Program-made: the position numbers and the translations under genes | Assembly: GCF_018350175.1 (NCBI RefSeq) | Contig: NC_058373.1 | Span: forward strand, 106,952,001-107,016,000 | DNA length: 64,000 nt | DNA from: Felis catus | Taxonomy: Eukaryota | Direction: 5' to 3' | Part shown: one piece after another, positions 51,205-64,000 of the stretch | Numbering within the stretch: the first letter of the stretch is position 1 | Layout: every line of letters begins with the position of its first letter | The notes under the pieces: model-generated | Seen by the model: only the letters and a program-made list of their open reading frames with translations | Told to the model about the DNA's origin: nothing | Databases searched by the model: none

Positions 51205-54125
51205 TTTTAAGTTTTTATTTGAATTCCAGTTAGTTAACATGCAGTGTAATATTAGTTTAAAGTGTATTTAGTGATTCATCACTTACATACAACACCCGGT
51301 GCTCATCACAAGTGCATTCTTTAATCCCCACCTATTTAACCCATCCCTCCACCCCCCTCTCTTCTGGTAACTATCAGTTTGTTCTCTACAGGTAAGAGTC
51401 TGTTTCTTAGTTTGCCAGTTTGCCTCTTTTTCCCTCTATGATCGTGTGTCAGTTTCTTAAATTCCATATTGGGGTGAAATCATATGGTATTTGTCTTTCT
51501 CTGACTTATTTTGCTTAGTAGGATACACTCTAGCTCCATCCACATTATTGAAAATGTTAAGATTTCATTCTTTTTATGGCTGAGTATATCTATACACCAC
51601 ATCTTCTTTATCCATTCATCAGTTGATGGACACAGGCTGGGCTCTTTCCATAATTTACTTATTATTGCTAATGTTGCTACAAACATTAAGGGGCATGTAT
51701 CCCTTTCAGTTAGTATTTTTATATTCTTTGGGTAAATATCTAGTAGTGCAATTGCTGGATTGTAGGGTAGTTCTATTTTTAATTTTATGAGGAAATTCCA
51801 TACTGTTTTCCAGTGGCTGCACCAGTTTGCATTCCCACTAACAGTGCAGGAGGGTTCCCCTTTTTCCACCTCTTTGCCAACATCTGTTGTTTCCTGTGTT
51901 GTTAATTTCAGCCATTCTGACAGGTGTGAGGTGATAGCTCATTGTAGTTTTGATTTGTATTTCCCTGATGATGAGTGATGTTGAGTATCTTTTCATGTTA
52001 GACTTCTGGATGTCTTCTTTGGAAAAGTGTCTATTCATGCCTTCTGCCCATGGATTATTTGCTTTCTGGGTGTTGAGTTTCTTAGTTCTTTATAGATTTT
52101 AGATACTAACACTTTATCAGATATGTCATTTGTAAATATCTTCTCCCATTCCATAGGTTGCCTTTTAGTTTTGTTGTTTCCTTCACTGTGCAGAAGCATT
52201 TTATTTTGATGAAGTCTTAACAGTTTATTTTTACTTTTGTCTCCCTTGCCTCAAGTGACATTATCTTGAAAGAAGTTGCTATGACTAATGTCAAAGAGGT
52301 TACTGCCTGTGTTCTTCTCTCGGATCTTAATGGCTTCCTGTCTCACATTTAGGTCTTTCATCCATTTTGAATTTACTTTTATGTATGGTGTAAGAAAGTG
52401 ATCTAGTTTCATTTTTTTGCATGTTGTGTGCAGTTTTCTCGACACCATTTGTTGAAGAGACTTTTTTCCAAATTGGATATTCTTTCCAGCTTTGCCAAAG
52501 ATTAGGTGACCATATAATTGTGTGTCCATTTCTGGGCTTTCTATTCTGTCTCATTGATCTATGCGTCTGTTTTTGTGCCAATACCATACTGTCTTGACCA
52601 CTACAGCTTTGTAATATAACTTAAAATCTGGAATTGTGATACTCTGGCTTTGCTTTTCTTTTTCAAGGTTGCTTTGGCTATTCAGGGTCTTTTGTGGTTC
52701 CATACAAATTTTAGGATTGTTTGTTCTAGCTCTGTGAAAAATGCTGGTGGTATTTTGATGGGGGTTGCACTTTTATGTGTAGACTGCTTTGGGTAATACA
52801 GACATTTTAACAATATTTGTTCTTTCAATTCATGAGCATAGAATGTTTTTCCATTTCTTTATGTCATTGTGTCACCTTTATTTTATTTCATCAGTGTTTT
52901 ATAGTTTTCAGAGTATAGATCTTTTTACCTCTTTGGTTAGGTTTATTCCTAGGTATCTTACGGTTTTTGGTGCAATTGTAAATGGAACTGATTCCTTGAT
53001 TTCTCTTTCAGTTGCTTCATTTTTGGTGTACAAACATGCAACAGATTTCTGCACACTGATTTTGTATCCTACAACTTTACTGAATTTATGTATCAATTCT
53101 AGAATTTTTTTTGGTGGAGTCTTTTGGGTTTTCTATATAGAGTATCATGTCATCTGCATATAATGAGACTGACTTCTTCCTTGCTGATTTGGATGTCTTT
53201 TATTTCTTTTTATTGGCTGACTGCTGTGTCTAGGATTTCCAATAATATGCTAAATAACGGTGGTGAGACTGGACATCCCTGTCTTGTTCCTGATCATAGA
53301 GGAAAAGCTCTTAGTTTTCCCCCATTAAGAATAATAATAGCTGTGGGTTTTTTGTATATGGACTTCACTATGTTGAGGTATATTCCCTCTAAACCTACTT
53401 TGTTGAGAGTTTTTAAATCAAGAATGGATGTTGTACTTTGTCAAATGATTTTCTGCATCTACTGAATCATATGATTCTTATTCTTTTTTATTAAAGTGGC
53501 ACATATCACATTGATTGATTTGCAAATATTGAACCACCCTTACATCCCAGGATTAAATCCCACTTGATCGTGGTGAATGATTCTTTTAATGTACTGTTGG
53601 ATTCGATTTGCTAGTATCTTGTTGAGAGTTTTTGCATCCATTTCATCAGGGATATTGGCCTGCAGATCTCTTTTTTAGTGGAGTCTTTGGTTTTGGAATC
53701 AGGGTAATGCTGGCCTCATAAAATGAGTTTGAAAGTTTTCCTTCCATTTCTATATTTGGGAATAGTTAAAAGAAGAATAGGTATTAACTCTTTAAATGTT
53801 TGGTAAAATTCAGGGCAACTGGGTGGCTCAGTTAAGCATCCAGCTCTTGATTTCAGCTCAGGTCATGATCTCACAGTGGGATCAAGCCCCGTGTCAGGCT
53901 CTGTGCTGATGATGTGCTCGCACGCGCGCGCGCGCGCGCGCGCGCGCGCTCTCTCTCTCCCCCCCCTTACCCCTCCCCCGCTCTTGTGTGTGCACTTGCA
54001 CTCTCTCTCTCTCTCAAAAATAAAATAAATAGACATTAAAAATAAATAAATGTTTGGTAAAATTCTCCTGTGAAGCCATGTGGCCCTATACTTTAGTTAG
54101 TTGATTTTTTTTTTTTACTGATTCA
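51205..54125 (-). mobile_element. 5'-truncated carnivore L1 (RT to 3'UTR)
   Basis: [50 protein letters not shown]. Confidence 0.95.
53813..54050 (+). mobile_element. SINEC containing (CG)13, nested in L1
   Basis: 19-bp TSD taaatgtttggtaaaattc at 53793-53811 and 54047-54065. Confidence 0.92.
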
Positions 54126-54304
54126 ACAGAATGAGCCATTTTTAAAACTTCAAAATAAAAGTCAGTAGCCCACATGCTACAGACAAGAAGAAATGAAAAC
54201 TTTCATACAGCCTAATGAGTGGAATAATTGTTATCCATACTGGATTACCAAAATATGTATATATGTACACATGAGATAAATTATGTTACGCATTATATTA
54301 TACT

Positions 54305-54347
<43 letters not shown>

Positions 54348-54579
54348 TGTGATACCCTTGAAAATTTCCAACAGCTAGTTGATTCTAGGATAATAAACTC
54401 ATATACATACATATATTTATACACACACACACATATATATGCATATATATATATATCTCTTGTGACCTTTCTATGATTTTATTTAAAGAAAATAATCCAA
54501 GATAGTAAAAGATTTATGTAAAAGAATATAGTAGCATTATTCATAATAGCAAGAAAACCCAAACTGGAAACAAAAAAAA

Positions 54580-54791
54580 ATTTTTGAGAGAGAGAGAAGG
54601 GAGAGTGCATGCACACAAGTGCGCACAAGGGAAGGGCAGAGGGAGAGGAGGAGACAAAAATCTTCAGCAGACTTCACGTCCAGCACAAAGCCTGATATAT
54701 GGCTCAATCTCACAACCATGAGATCATGATCTGAGCAGAAACCAACAGTAGGACACTTAACCAACTGAGTCTGAGTCACCCAAATGCCCCC
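54580..54791 (-). mobile_element. SINEC
   Basis: Diverged reverse copy. Confidence 0.85.
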
Positions 54792-54937
54792 TAAAATACT
54801 TAATATTTTGAGAGAGAATGGCTAAATAATTAAAATAATTAAATATAAAAATAATTCAATATTTTGAGAAAAAAGCTAAATAAATAATAGCATATCCTTA
54901 CAATGGTATATGATACAGTCATTAAAAATAAAATCTA

Positions 54938-55160
54938 GGGGCGCCTGGGTGGCGCAGTCGGTTAAGCGTCCGACTTCAGCCAGGTCACGATCTCGCGGTC
55001 CGTGAGTTCGAGCCCTGCGTCAGGCTCTGGGCTGATGGCTCAGAGCCTGGAGCCTGTTTCCGATTCTGTGTCTCCCTCTCTCTCTGCCCCTCCCCCGTTC
55101 ATGCTCTGTCTCTCTCTGTCCCAAAAATAAATAAACGTTGAAAAAAAAAATAAAAAAAAA
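54938..55160 (+). mobile_element. Very young SINEC_Fc
   Basis: Near-consensus, CpG-rich; TSD aaaaataaaatcta. Confidence 0.95.
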
Positions 55161-55564
55161 AATAAAATCTATTTAATGGCATTAAAAAATACCCTCAACA
55201 GTATATCAAGTGGAAAGAAAAGGATACAAAATGATATACACAAGCATGTTTCAAATTTAGGGAAAAAAATAAAAGAAAAAGACACACACATACATAGGAA
55301 AAAAAATAAGACAGAAATATATACCAGTATTTGATGGTGTCAGTTATATCTGGGTGATGGTATCTTTGTTTCTTTTGTATTTTTCTCTGTTTTCCAACTC
55401 TTTTACAATGAAATGATATGTTTTATATTTAGTGAAAAAGTGTTTTTAAAACTAGGCATGCATGGTCAGTTAACCAGAGATGCAAACAATCCAAATATTA
55501 AATAGTATAAAAACCAGATATAATGTTATTCCCACTTCTTAGGAAAAATATAAACAGCAAATAC

Positions 55565-55623
55565 CTGTATCTCCTTTTTCAAACCATTGATTGCAATTTG
55601 ATTGTTCCTGTGGGGTTAACAAT
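55565..55623 (-). CDS. C14orf39: SIX6OS1 coding exon
   Basis: ttttag|A TTG TTA ACC CCA...ACA G|gtat. LLTPQEQSNCNQWFEKGDT. 59 nt. Confidence 0.92.
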
Positions 55624-55711
55624 CTAAAATAAAATAAATAAAATTTAGGTATTATTTGCTCAGTTGATAAATTATTTTAGAAATTAAAACATTTTCCTAT
55701 TTTTAAATATT

Positions 55712-55904
55712 TTGTTTTTTAAAGTTTATCTATTTTGAGAGACAGAGAGGAAGGGACAGAAAGAGAGAAAGAGAGAGAATCCCAAGCAGGCTCTGCACTG
55801 ACAGTGCAGAGCCCACGGCAGGGCTCAATCCCATTATCCCAGGATAATGACCTGAGCCAAGATCAAGAGACAGATGCTTAACCAACTGAGTCACCCAGGC
55901 GCCC
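55712..55904 (-). mobile_element. SINEC filling most of the 307-nt intron between two exons
   Basis: TSD cattttcctatttttaaa; 5' end about 26 nt from the 55931 donor. Confidence 0.92.
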
Positions 55905-55930
55905 AGCATTTTCCTATTTTTAAAAGTTAC

Positions 55931-56016
55931 CTGAAATGCATCATATTTTGTGAATTTTTAATAGCCATGGCATTTGAGCATTCTGAATGTTTACTCACAG
56001 TAGAGTCATTAAGTAC
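55931..56016 (-). CDS. C14orf39: SIX6OS1 coding exon
   Basis: ttcag|GTA CTT...TTC AG|gtaact. VLNDSTVSKHSECSNAMAIKNSQNMMHF(R). 86 nt. Confidence 0.9.
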
Positions 56017-57459
56017 CTGAACAAAAGAAATGAAGCATTAGAATTGGCTACATAAACAACAAAATTTTTTTTCTTGTCATGGCTACTGAAGGCTCTCCAA
56101 GAACATTGTCATCCTCTTCCTCATCATTATCAATATGAACAACCACTACAAACATTAAATGAAACCACTATATACAAAATATTAAGTCAAATACTGGGAC
56201 ACAAAGGTTAAAACTCTCAAGGGATTTGATATTTTGGACAAGTATAACAACTATGCTTGGTAGCATTTTGACATTTAAGGTAAACTTAAAATTTTTATCC
56301 CATATTTATGATTAATCAAGTCAATCTTACCATTTTCTCAACTGATTTCTGTGTCTATTCTCTGTAACCTCTTAAATTCAACATAAAAAAGCAAAACAGC
56401 AGATTAAAGGATTAAAGGCTGAAATTTTATTTTTTATATATGTGTGGAAAAGGTAATATTTCATTTTTAACTTTAACTCAATTTAATATCAATATCTAAG
56501 CTACTGCTTTATTTATTTTTGTATTGTCTATTTCAAGTCATTCATTCTCTGTGAGTGACTCATTCTGAAGAGTTTCTGATTTTTATTTGACCCAAAATAA
56601 AAATACCTTTAATAGGAAAGTTTATCCCATTTGTTTTTGTTATAACAGCCACTGGTCTTAATTCTGTCATCTTACTGTGCTTTAGATAAGACCTTGTCCC
56701 TTAAAGGGCATTTGTCCCTTAAAGAACAAGTGTTGTTACTGCTTTATGTTTTAAACAATATACATGTTTCTATTGGTCTCTTGGTAAAAGTATTTATACA
56801 AGTTAAGTAGTTGTTTAGAGTAGATGCTAAGAATTAAAATTGTTGAGTATGTGCATTTTTATGTGTAATAAATACTATGAACCAGTCCTCTGAAGTAATT
56901 ATACCAAATTACATTCCACTATTGACTTCAGTAGATATTATCAAACGTTGTAGTGTACGCAAATCTGATAGGTGAAACCATATATATCATTGGTTTAATA
57001 TGCCTTTCCCTTTGCCCCCGAGCTCGAGCACCTTATTATGTCTAGTGACACTTCGTCTTTCTTTTTCTGTAAATTGCTTATCTTTTGCCCATTTAAAAAA
57101 TTAATTTGTATTAGTATTTCTTTGTATGTTATGCATACCAATCTCCTGTCCATTCTGTCATTCTCTTCAACTTTGTTGGTGTCTTTTGTCACACATTAAG
57201 TTTTTTATTTTAATGTAGTCCATTGACTAGTTTTTCTTATACCACACTGTTGTAATTACCACATTTTGATAATATTTAAAACTGTTCTGGGATGATGAAA
57301 ATGTTCTGGAATTAAGACAGTGGTGACAGTTACACTACCTTTTGAATACACTAAAAACCACTAAAATGGGCACTTTAAAATGGTGAATTTTATGATAAAC
57401 TTTTAAGCATCTAATAGTATGAGTCTCCCTTATGTTGTTTAAAAAGATCTTATATTTTA

Positions 57460-57682
57460 GGGGCGCCTGGGTGGCGCAGTCGGTTAAGCATCCGACTTCA
57501 GCCAGGTCACGAGCTCGCGGTCGGTGAGTTCGAGCCCCGCATCGGGCTCTGGGCTGATGGCTCAGAGCCTGGAGCCTGTTTCCGATTCTGTGTCTCCCTC
57601 TCTCTCTGCCCCTCCCCCGTTCATGCTCTGTCTCTCTCTGTCCCAAAAATAAACGTTGAAAAAAAAAATTAAAAAAAAAAAA
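57460..57682 (+). mobile_element. Young SINEC_Fc
   Basis: TSD aaaaagatcttatatttta. Confidence 0.95.
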
Positions 57683-58004
57683 GATCTTATATTTTAAATC
57701 TTTATTTGAACTCATTTATTAATATGTTAATGTAGTGAATCATATTGATAGACTTTTCCAATGCTATTATTGCATTCCTTGGGAAAACCATGTTTTAGTC
57801 ATAATATATTATTCTTTTAATGTTACACTGCCAAATTAGGTTTGCTGATCATTTATTTGGATTTCTACATGTATGTTCATTCTTGAGACTAATGTACAAA
57901 TTTTTTTCATTCACTATCTCTGTCCTTGCTCCCTAATAAATTAACTATGTACAATTTGTTGCACAGCTTCCAACTTCTATGCTCTGGAATTGCTTAAATA
58001 AAAA

Positions 58005-58382
58005 GATTGCCCTCAACTGGCAATTTTGCCTCTCAGGGAATATCTAACAATGTCTGGAGGTATTTTAAGTTTATTTATTTATTTTGAGAGAGCGAGAGCA
58101 GGGGAGGGGCAGAAAGAGAGAGGGAGAGAGAATCCCAAGCAGGCTCTGCACCATCCACGCAGAGTCCCATGTGGGGCTCAATCTCATGAACCGTGAGGTC
58201 ACGACCTGAGCAGAGATCAAGAGTCAGAAGCTTAACCAACCAAGCCATGGAGGCACCCCTGAAGATATTCTTCACTGTCTTTTCTTAGGGATGAGGTGCT
58301 ATTGGCCTCTAGATCACAAGGTGACCCTACAACAAAGAATTATCTGGCCCAAAATGTCTATAGTGTCATGGTTTAGAAACTC
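58005..58382. mobile_element. MER20 (hAT MITE) split by a minus-strand SINEC (58065-58259)
   Basis: caattttgcctctcaggga...aatgtctggag and caacaaagaattatctggcccaaaatgtc are MER20 hallmarks. Confidence 0.8.
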
Positions 58383-58444
58383 AATTTATTCCTAAAGGTT
58401 TGGTAAAATTTACCTGAAAAACTCATTCCCACGTGTTTTGAAAG

Positions 58445-58446
<2 letters not shown>

Positions 58447-58486
<40 letters not shown>
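58447..58486. repeat. (GT)n microsatellite
   Basis: About 20 GT units. Confidence 0.95.
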
Positions 58487-58488
<2 letters not shown>

Positions 58489-59689
58489 CAGAAGAAGAAG
58501 GGAGGCACATAAAGAAGAAAAGAAAAAACAGAGAACTGCTTACATTTCAGTTTCACCTACATTTCCATTTCTAGTTAATTGATCTATTCATGCTTTTCTT
58601 TTTCAGGCTATTTAATAACTTATATTGTCCTATAAAATTGTCCCCCTCACCTACATTTTCAAATTTACTGATATAAAGTCTTATATAGTATTCTCTTAAG
58701 ACTTTGAAAAGATTTCTTCCATATATTCAATGATACGTACTCTTCCCTCTCTATTTTATTAAATATAATAAAATTTATTTTATTGATATTTAAAAGTTAC
58801 TGATTTTTGGCTATACTGATTAACCCAACCTTTTAATTTCATTAATTTCTCTTTTTCTCTTTATTAATTCCTACTTTCTTTGCATTAATTGTTATTTTCC
58901 TATTTTGAGTTGAACTTTTCATGCTTGGAATTAAACTTTTCCTACTTAAAGTTCAGCTACTTTTAATCTTTATTTTCTATATTTGTTTTCAAATATAAAT
59001 TTCTCTCTGAGAAGCAATTTGGCTATATTCCACAGGTTTTGGTTTACAGTATTCTTTTAAATAATTTTTAAGTTTTCTTTTTATTTCTTCTATAACCCCC
59101 AAATAATTTGAAAGTGTAAATTTCCTTTCCCTCTGCTAAGTACTTTTTTTTTGAGAGGAGGGCTATATTTTTGTTTAACTTATATTTTTTATAGGTAGTG
59201 GTAAGTGAAGAGAACAACTTTTTAGAATTGATTGAGGTATTCTTTTGGTTCTAGTAAACAATTAATTTTGGTGAATACTGCAAATATCAGGAAAAGAAAG
59301 TATAAAGGGAGCCTGAGAAATGACACTGTAGAAATGGTCCTATCATCCCTGATTAGTGAACCTGAGTCACCTACTTTAGAATTTCACTGCAGGTAAGAGA
59401 AAAATGTTTATCTTGTTTAAGATGCTGTTATTTCATTTCATTGGTTTTGTATTGTTAAATGTGTAACCAAACTCAACCCTAAACTCAAGATACTACTTTT
59501 TTTGAGAAAGCTATCCTTTTTAAAATTATGGATTAAATACTTTCTTGGAATTCCATTAATTTTTATTTTATTTATTTTGAAAATGTATAATTTGGTTTAT
59601 CGTGGTTCTTATGACTTGGTGAGTTATTCTTTTTAAAAACATGAAATATATTTTTCCCTATTAATGCTTTTTGTCTTGAACTCTGTTTT

Positions 59690-59896
59690 TTAATTTTTAA
59701 ATTTTAGTTAACATACACTCCAATACTGGCTTCAGGAGTAGAATTCAGTGATTCATCACTTACATACAATACCCAGTGCTCATCACAAGTACCCGCTTTA
59801 ACATCCATCACCCATCTAGCCCATCCCTCACCCACCTCCCTCCATCAACCTTTAGTTTGTTTTCTATCATTAAGAGTCTTTTGTGGTTTGTTTCCC
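59690..59896 (-). mobile_element. Carnivore L1 3' tip
   Basis: ttagttaacatacact...cccagtgctcatcacaagt. Confidence 0.8.
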
Positions 59897-59999
59897 TATT
59901 TTATATGGCATTGTGATAACAATGTTTTTGTCCCATTGTTCTACCTTTACCCTTCATTTGTCAAGTTTTTTCAGCTCTTCTATTTTAAAAGTATGTATA

Positions 60000-60710
60000 T
60001 GGCTGTACCACTCTAGAAAACAGTATGGAGTTTCCTTAACAAGTTAAAAATAGAACCAGCCTACAATCCAACAACTACACTACTGGGTATTTACCCAAAG
60101 GATATAAAAATACCAATTCAAAGGGATACATGCACCCTGATGTTAGAGCAGCATTATCAACAATAGCCAAATTATGGAAAGAGCCCAAAAGTCCATCGAC
60201 TGATGAATGTATAAAGAAAATGTGATATATATGTATATGTATATTATATACATGTGTGTGTATTATATATATATGTATATATGTGTGTGTATTATATACA
60301 CATATATAATGGAATATTACTCAGCCATCAAAAAGATTGAAATCTTGCCATTTGCAATGATGTGGATGGAGCTAGTGAGTATTATTCTAAACAAAATAAA
60401 TCAGCCAGAGAAAGACAAATCCCATACGATTTCACTCCTAGGTGGAATTTAAGAAAACGGATGAACATAGGGGCAGGAGAGAGGCAAACAAACCATAAAC
60501 CAGACTCTTAACTACAGAGAACTAACTGAGGGTTGCTGGAAGGGAGGTGGGCAGTGTATGGGCTAGATGGATGATGGGGATTAAGGAGTGCATCTGTCTG
60601 ATAAACACTGGGTGTTGTATGGGAGTGAAGAATCACTAAATGCTATACCTGAAACTAATATTACACTGTATGTTAACCATCTGGAATTTAAATAAAACTT
60701 GGAAAAAAAT
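60000..60710 (+). mobile_element. Carnivore L1 3' end
   Basis: MEYYSAIKKIEILPFAMMWMEL; 3'UTR and A tail. Confidence 0.9.
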
Positions 60711-61372
60711 AGAAGTATATGTCTGTATTTTGTTTATATATCCCATAGAAGCATCTCTGTCACATTTCTGAATACTGATTTGTTCAGAACTATTTATGGC
60801 ATCTTATTTTCTATTTATAATGTATTCTAGTTATTTTATCTAGTCTTCCATCCTTGCCTTTTGTTGGACTGATTAAGTTGTTCCATCATTTTTCTTCTAC
60901 TGTTTTAAAACTAGTGCATGTCATTTCTCTTATTTTGGTTACTCTTACATGTTTAACATACACGCATAAATTCACATTTTCCCAACAATATATAAGTGAA
61001 TCAATATTTGTATCTTCTCTCTACTTCCATCCCCGCCCCCAAGAAAAGAACTTGGGTAAACTTTTGTTTCCCTTATTTATCTTCCTACCTTCATCCCATA
61101 TTGATCTCATCTGAAATTTTAGTACCAGATTTAAACATTTTTGTAATTAATACATATTTACGATAAGTTTCACTAATTAATTTGGTTACCACTACACCTC
61201 TATCTGTATGTATTAATTACAAATTAATGAAAGGCAATTATATTTTCCATTGAGAATTCCCCCCTGGACTATTTTCAGGAAGAATGGGGGAAGACAGAGA
61301 TGTGCCACACCAGAAGCTAGCTTTCTGGGTAGTATGCTCCTTATTTTTCTTAAGCATCAAGAACCCCCTAGA

Positions 61373-61582
61373 AGGGCGACTGGGTGACTAAGTTTGTTAA
61401 GCATCTGACTCTTGACTTTGTCTCAGGTCATGATCTCATGGTTTCTGAATTCAAATCTGTGTTGGGCTCCGTGTTGATGGTGCAGAGCCTGCTTGGGATT
61501 CTCTCTCTCCCTCTCTCTCTCTCTCCACCCCTCCTCTGCATGTGCTGTCTCTCAAAATAAACAAATAAACTTAAGAAAAGAA
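61373..61582 (+). mobile_element. SINEC
   Basis: TSD aagaac(c/t)ccctaga. Confidence 0.9.
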
Positions 61583-62119
61583 GAACTCCCTAGAGTTACC
61601 ATCTATCTCTCTAACCGAAGCTCCTACACTTACTGCTTCCACCTACAGACAGTGATCCAATGCTGATGCCTAGCCAAAGGCAGAGTAGATATGAGTTGAA
61701 CAGGTGTTAACTAATTAACTCCCACTGAAGTAACCCAACCAATTACCCTATTCATTGTCCCCAGACCTATACCTTCTATAATAGTGTTCTATGCAAGTCC
61801 TGGGTCACAATTTCCCCCTTCAATCTAATCCTGTTTTCCTCCTTCAGAAATATCTGGGTTTGACTAGGTACAGGGCTTAGCATTTTTAAATATCTTTTCT
61901 ATTTTTTAAGAGTAAGTGAGAAGGCTACAGTATATGTTCAGGCTGCCATACTGAAATTCTTTTAAGATTTTTAGACACTGAGGTTGTAGTAATGGCTGAT
62001 TTAATATATTTATAACACACACACACACATACACACCCATGTTCTAAATGCAATACATTCATTATCTCATTTAATGCAAGCAAATATTTAATTTATACTA
62101 TTAAAAAGGAAATACCTAC

Positions 62120-62196
62120 CTGCATGTTGTTTCCTTTCTGCCTAAAGTCAATATTGGCAAGCTTTGACTGTTTCACAGAACTTTCTTCTTTTTTAT
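62120..62196 (-). CDS. C14orf39: SIX6OS1 coding exon
   Basis: ctag|AT AAA...ATG CAG|gtaggt. (D)KKEESSVKQSKLANIDFRQKGNNMQ. 77 nt, in phase with neighbours. Confidence 0.93.
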
Positions 62197-62896
62197 CTAG
62201 GTTATTAAATTGCACAACTTCAAATGAATTTCAGAGATAGAATCAAATATTATGCCCAAAATTCAACATAAACTTGTAATTAAAAAAATCAAGTTACATG
62301 AAGATTTAATTTAAATTATAGAAGTGTGTGGAATTCCTGCAAACCTTTTAATTCCTCACTATATAAACTATCATAACAAGCATGAGTGTAAAATGAAAAC
62401 CAGCTTACAAAACTACATCTTTATAATGAGGAACCAAATAAGACTGAGGGAAAAAGAACAGCTAGTGCAGTTAATCTAATACAATGTAGTTAATCTAATC
62501 TGCAGATCCACTGAATGAAACACGATTCAAATATCTCAGTGACTAGGTCACAAATATCATTAATACAAGTCAGCTACCCACTTTAATTACATACACTAAT
62601 AACACAACACCTCAAATGAAAAATTATTATTCATCCTCCTCTGGCAGCTGTGTGACCCAACCAGAACACTTGTTTTAATATTATGCGGATGATTTCTCTC
62701 TCAAAGAGAAAAAAGTTAGGGATAGAAGGCATATTGTTCACTCTCAGAAAGAATCAAAGTGATACTTTCTGAGTCTATTGGTCTCTAGTATTGTTTGTTC
62801 TTGCTTACACCAAATGATAACAAAATTTGCTTCTGCCTTTTCTTCTATGTGTTTACAAAGAAAACTAAGTTTTTAAATAATTAACAGATACTGTAC

Positions 62897-63027
62897 CTAC
62901 AACTCTTGCCTCTGAAGAATGCATTTTCATTGGTCTGACTTTCTCAGATTCATATGGAAGAAATAATCGACTGTTTTGAGGGGCTTTATTCAATATAAGT
63001 ACATGTTGTTCATCTTTTTCAAAAATT
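62897..63027 (-). CDS. C14orf39: SIX6OS1 coding exon (first visible; upstream exons lie beyond the window)
   Basis: cttcag|A ATT TTT GAA...GTA G|gtacag. Translates IFEKDEQHVLILNKAPQNSRLFLPYESEKVRPMKMHSSEARVV, matching recalled human SIX6OS1 (RIFGKDEHVL...LFLPYES...KMHSSEPRV). 131 nt. Confidence 0.93.
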
Positions 63028-63261
63028 CTGAAGGGTAAATTACATTAAATATTTAGTAAGTAAAAAATTAACATATTTTAAATCTAGAAGAGACTTATAT
63101 ACTATATAAATTCATTTTGCAGATAGTAAAACTGAGTTTCAGAACATTTAAAATATCTGCCCAATAAAATTATTTACTGGTGTCACAGCTAAAACACACT
63201 TTTCCAGATTAAGTCCAGTGCTCTTCTCAGTATACCACACTCTCATTTTAAAACATAATCA

Positions 63262-63778
63262 ATTTACTCAAGGGATACAGGAGTGCTGATGCATAGGGAC
63301 ACTTGTACCCCAATGTTGATAGCAGCACTTTCAACAATAGCCAAATTATGGAAAGAGCCTAAATGTCCATCAACTGATGAATGGATAAAGAAATTGTAGT
63401 TTATATACACAATGGAATACTACTTGGCAATGAGAAAGAATGAAATATGGCCTTTTGTAGCAACGTGGATGGAACTGGAGAGTGTTATGCTAAGTGAAAT
63501 AAGTCATACAAAGACAGATACCATATGTTTTCACTCTTATGTGGATCCTGAGAAACTTAACAGAAGACCATGGGGGAGGAGAAGGAAAAAAAAAGTTAGA
63601 GGGAGAGAGCCAAACCATAAGAGACTCTTAAAAACTGAGAATAAACTGAGGGTTGATGGGGGATGAGAAGGAGGGGAAAGTGGGTGATGGGTATTGAGGA
63701 GGGCACCTTTTGGGATGAGAACTGGGTGTTGTATGGAAACCAATTTGACAATAAATTTCATATTAAAAAAATAAAATA
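63262..63778 (+). mobile_element. L1_Fc-type 3' end
   Basis: MEYYLAMRKNEIWPFVATWMELESVMLSEIS; 3'UTR and A tail. Confidence 0.92.
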
Positions 63779-64000
63779 TAATAATTTTAGGAGAATTTCT
63801 AAACATGTTAAAAAATTTCTAAACAAAACTTTATCCACAAATAACATGCTACAGATTTCAGAGTACTTCAAACTTTAAAAATAATTATTCAGAAACAATT
63901 CAGCTACATGAATCCAGAAACCACTAAAGCAATAACACAAATCATAAATGGGTCTTTTTAGTTTTTTACTTAAAATTTTACTTAAGTTTTTTACTCATTG

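Noticed and set aside
50853..51233. 126-aa ORF (MKPYHIRSVVARN...) in apparently unique DNA next to an L1 tail; considered as a retrogene or 3' transduction
   Set aside because: No recognisable protein similarity, it runs into the L1 tail, and I found no second poly(A) or convincing TSD.
54938..55010. tRNA-like A/B-box sequence in SINE heads
   Set aside because: tRNA-derived SINEC heads, not tRNA genes.
56694..56724. ttgtcccttaaag duplicated around ggcat
   Set aside because: Small local duplication without A tail or recognisable insert.

Overview
AT-rich, repeat-dense mammalian genomic DNA. The SINEC_Fc-type tRNA-derived SINEs and L1_Fc-type 3' ends point to a felid/feliform carnivore. The only protein-coding gene I can support is the 3' half of C14orf39/SIX6OS1 (synaptonemal complex central-element protein) on the minus strand. 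It has nine GT-AG exons between 63027 and the TGA at 33123-33125. They splice in phase into 328 uninterrupted codons ending ...SSSSQNTTQFTFF*, and none appears in the supplied ORF track. The rest is L1 remnants of several ages, 30+ SINEs, LTRs (MLT1/MLT2/ERV1-like), a Tigger1-type MITE, MER20, MIR/L2 and microsatellites. I see no evidence for a new multi-gene system. The most unusual signals are retrotransposition or rearrangement products and possible regulatory features: a 24-nt tailless U6 retrocopy with a perfect 17-bp TSD, a TSD-flanked L1 lacking almost all of ORF2, a head-to-head L1 palindrome, a collapsed inverted SINE pair, two poly(A)-only insertions, a pure (CG)13 tract, and a strong orphan exon downstream of SIX6OS1. 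Gene and repeat-family names come from recall of known sequences, not from database searches. Repeat boundaries are approximate.
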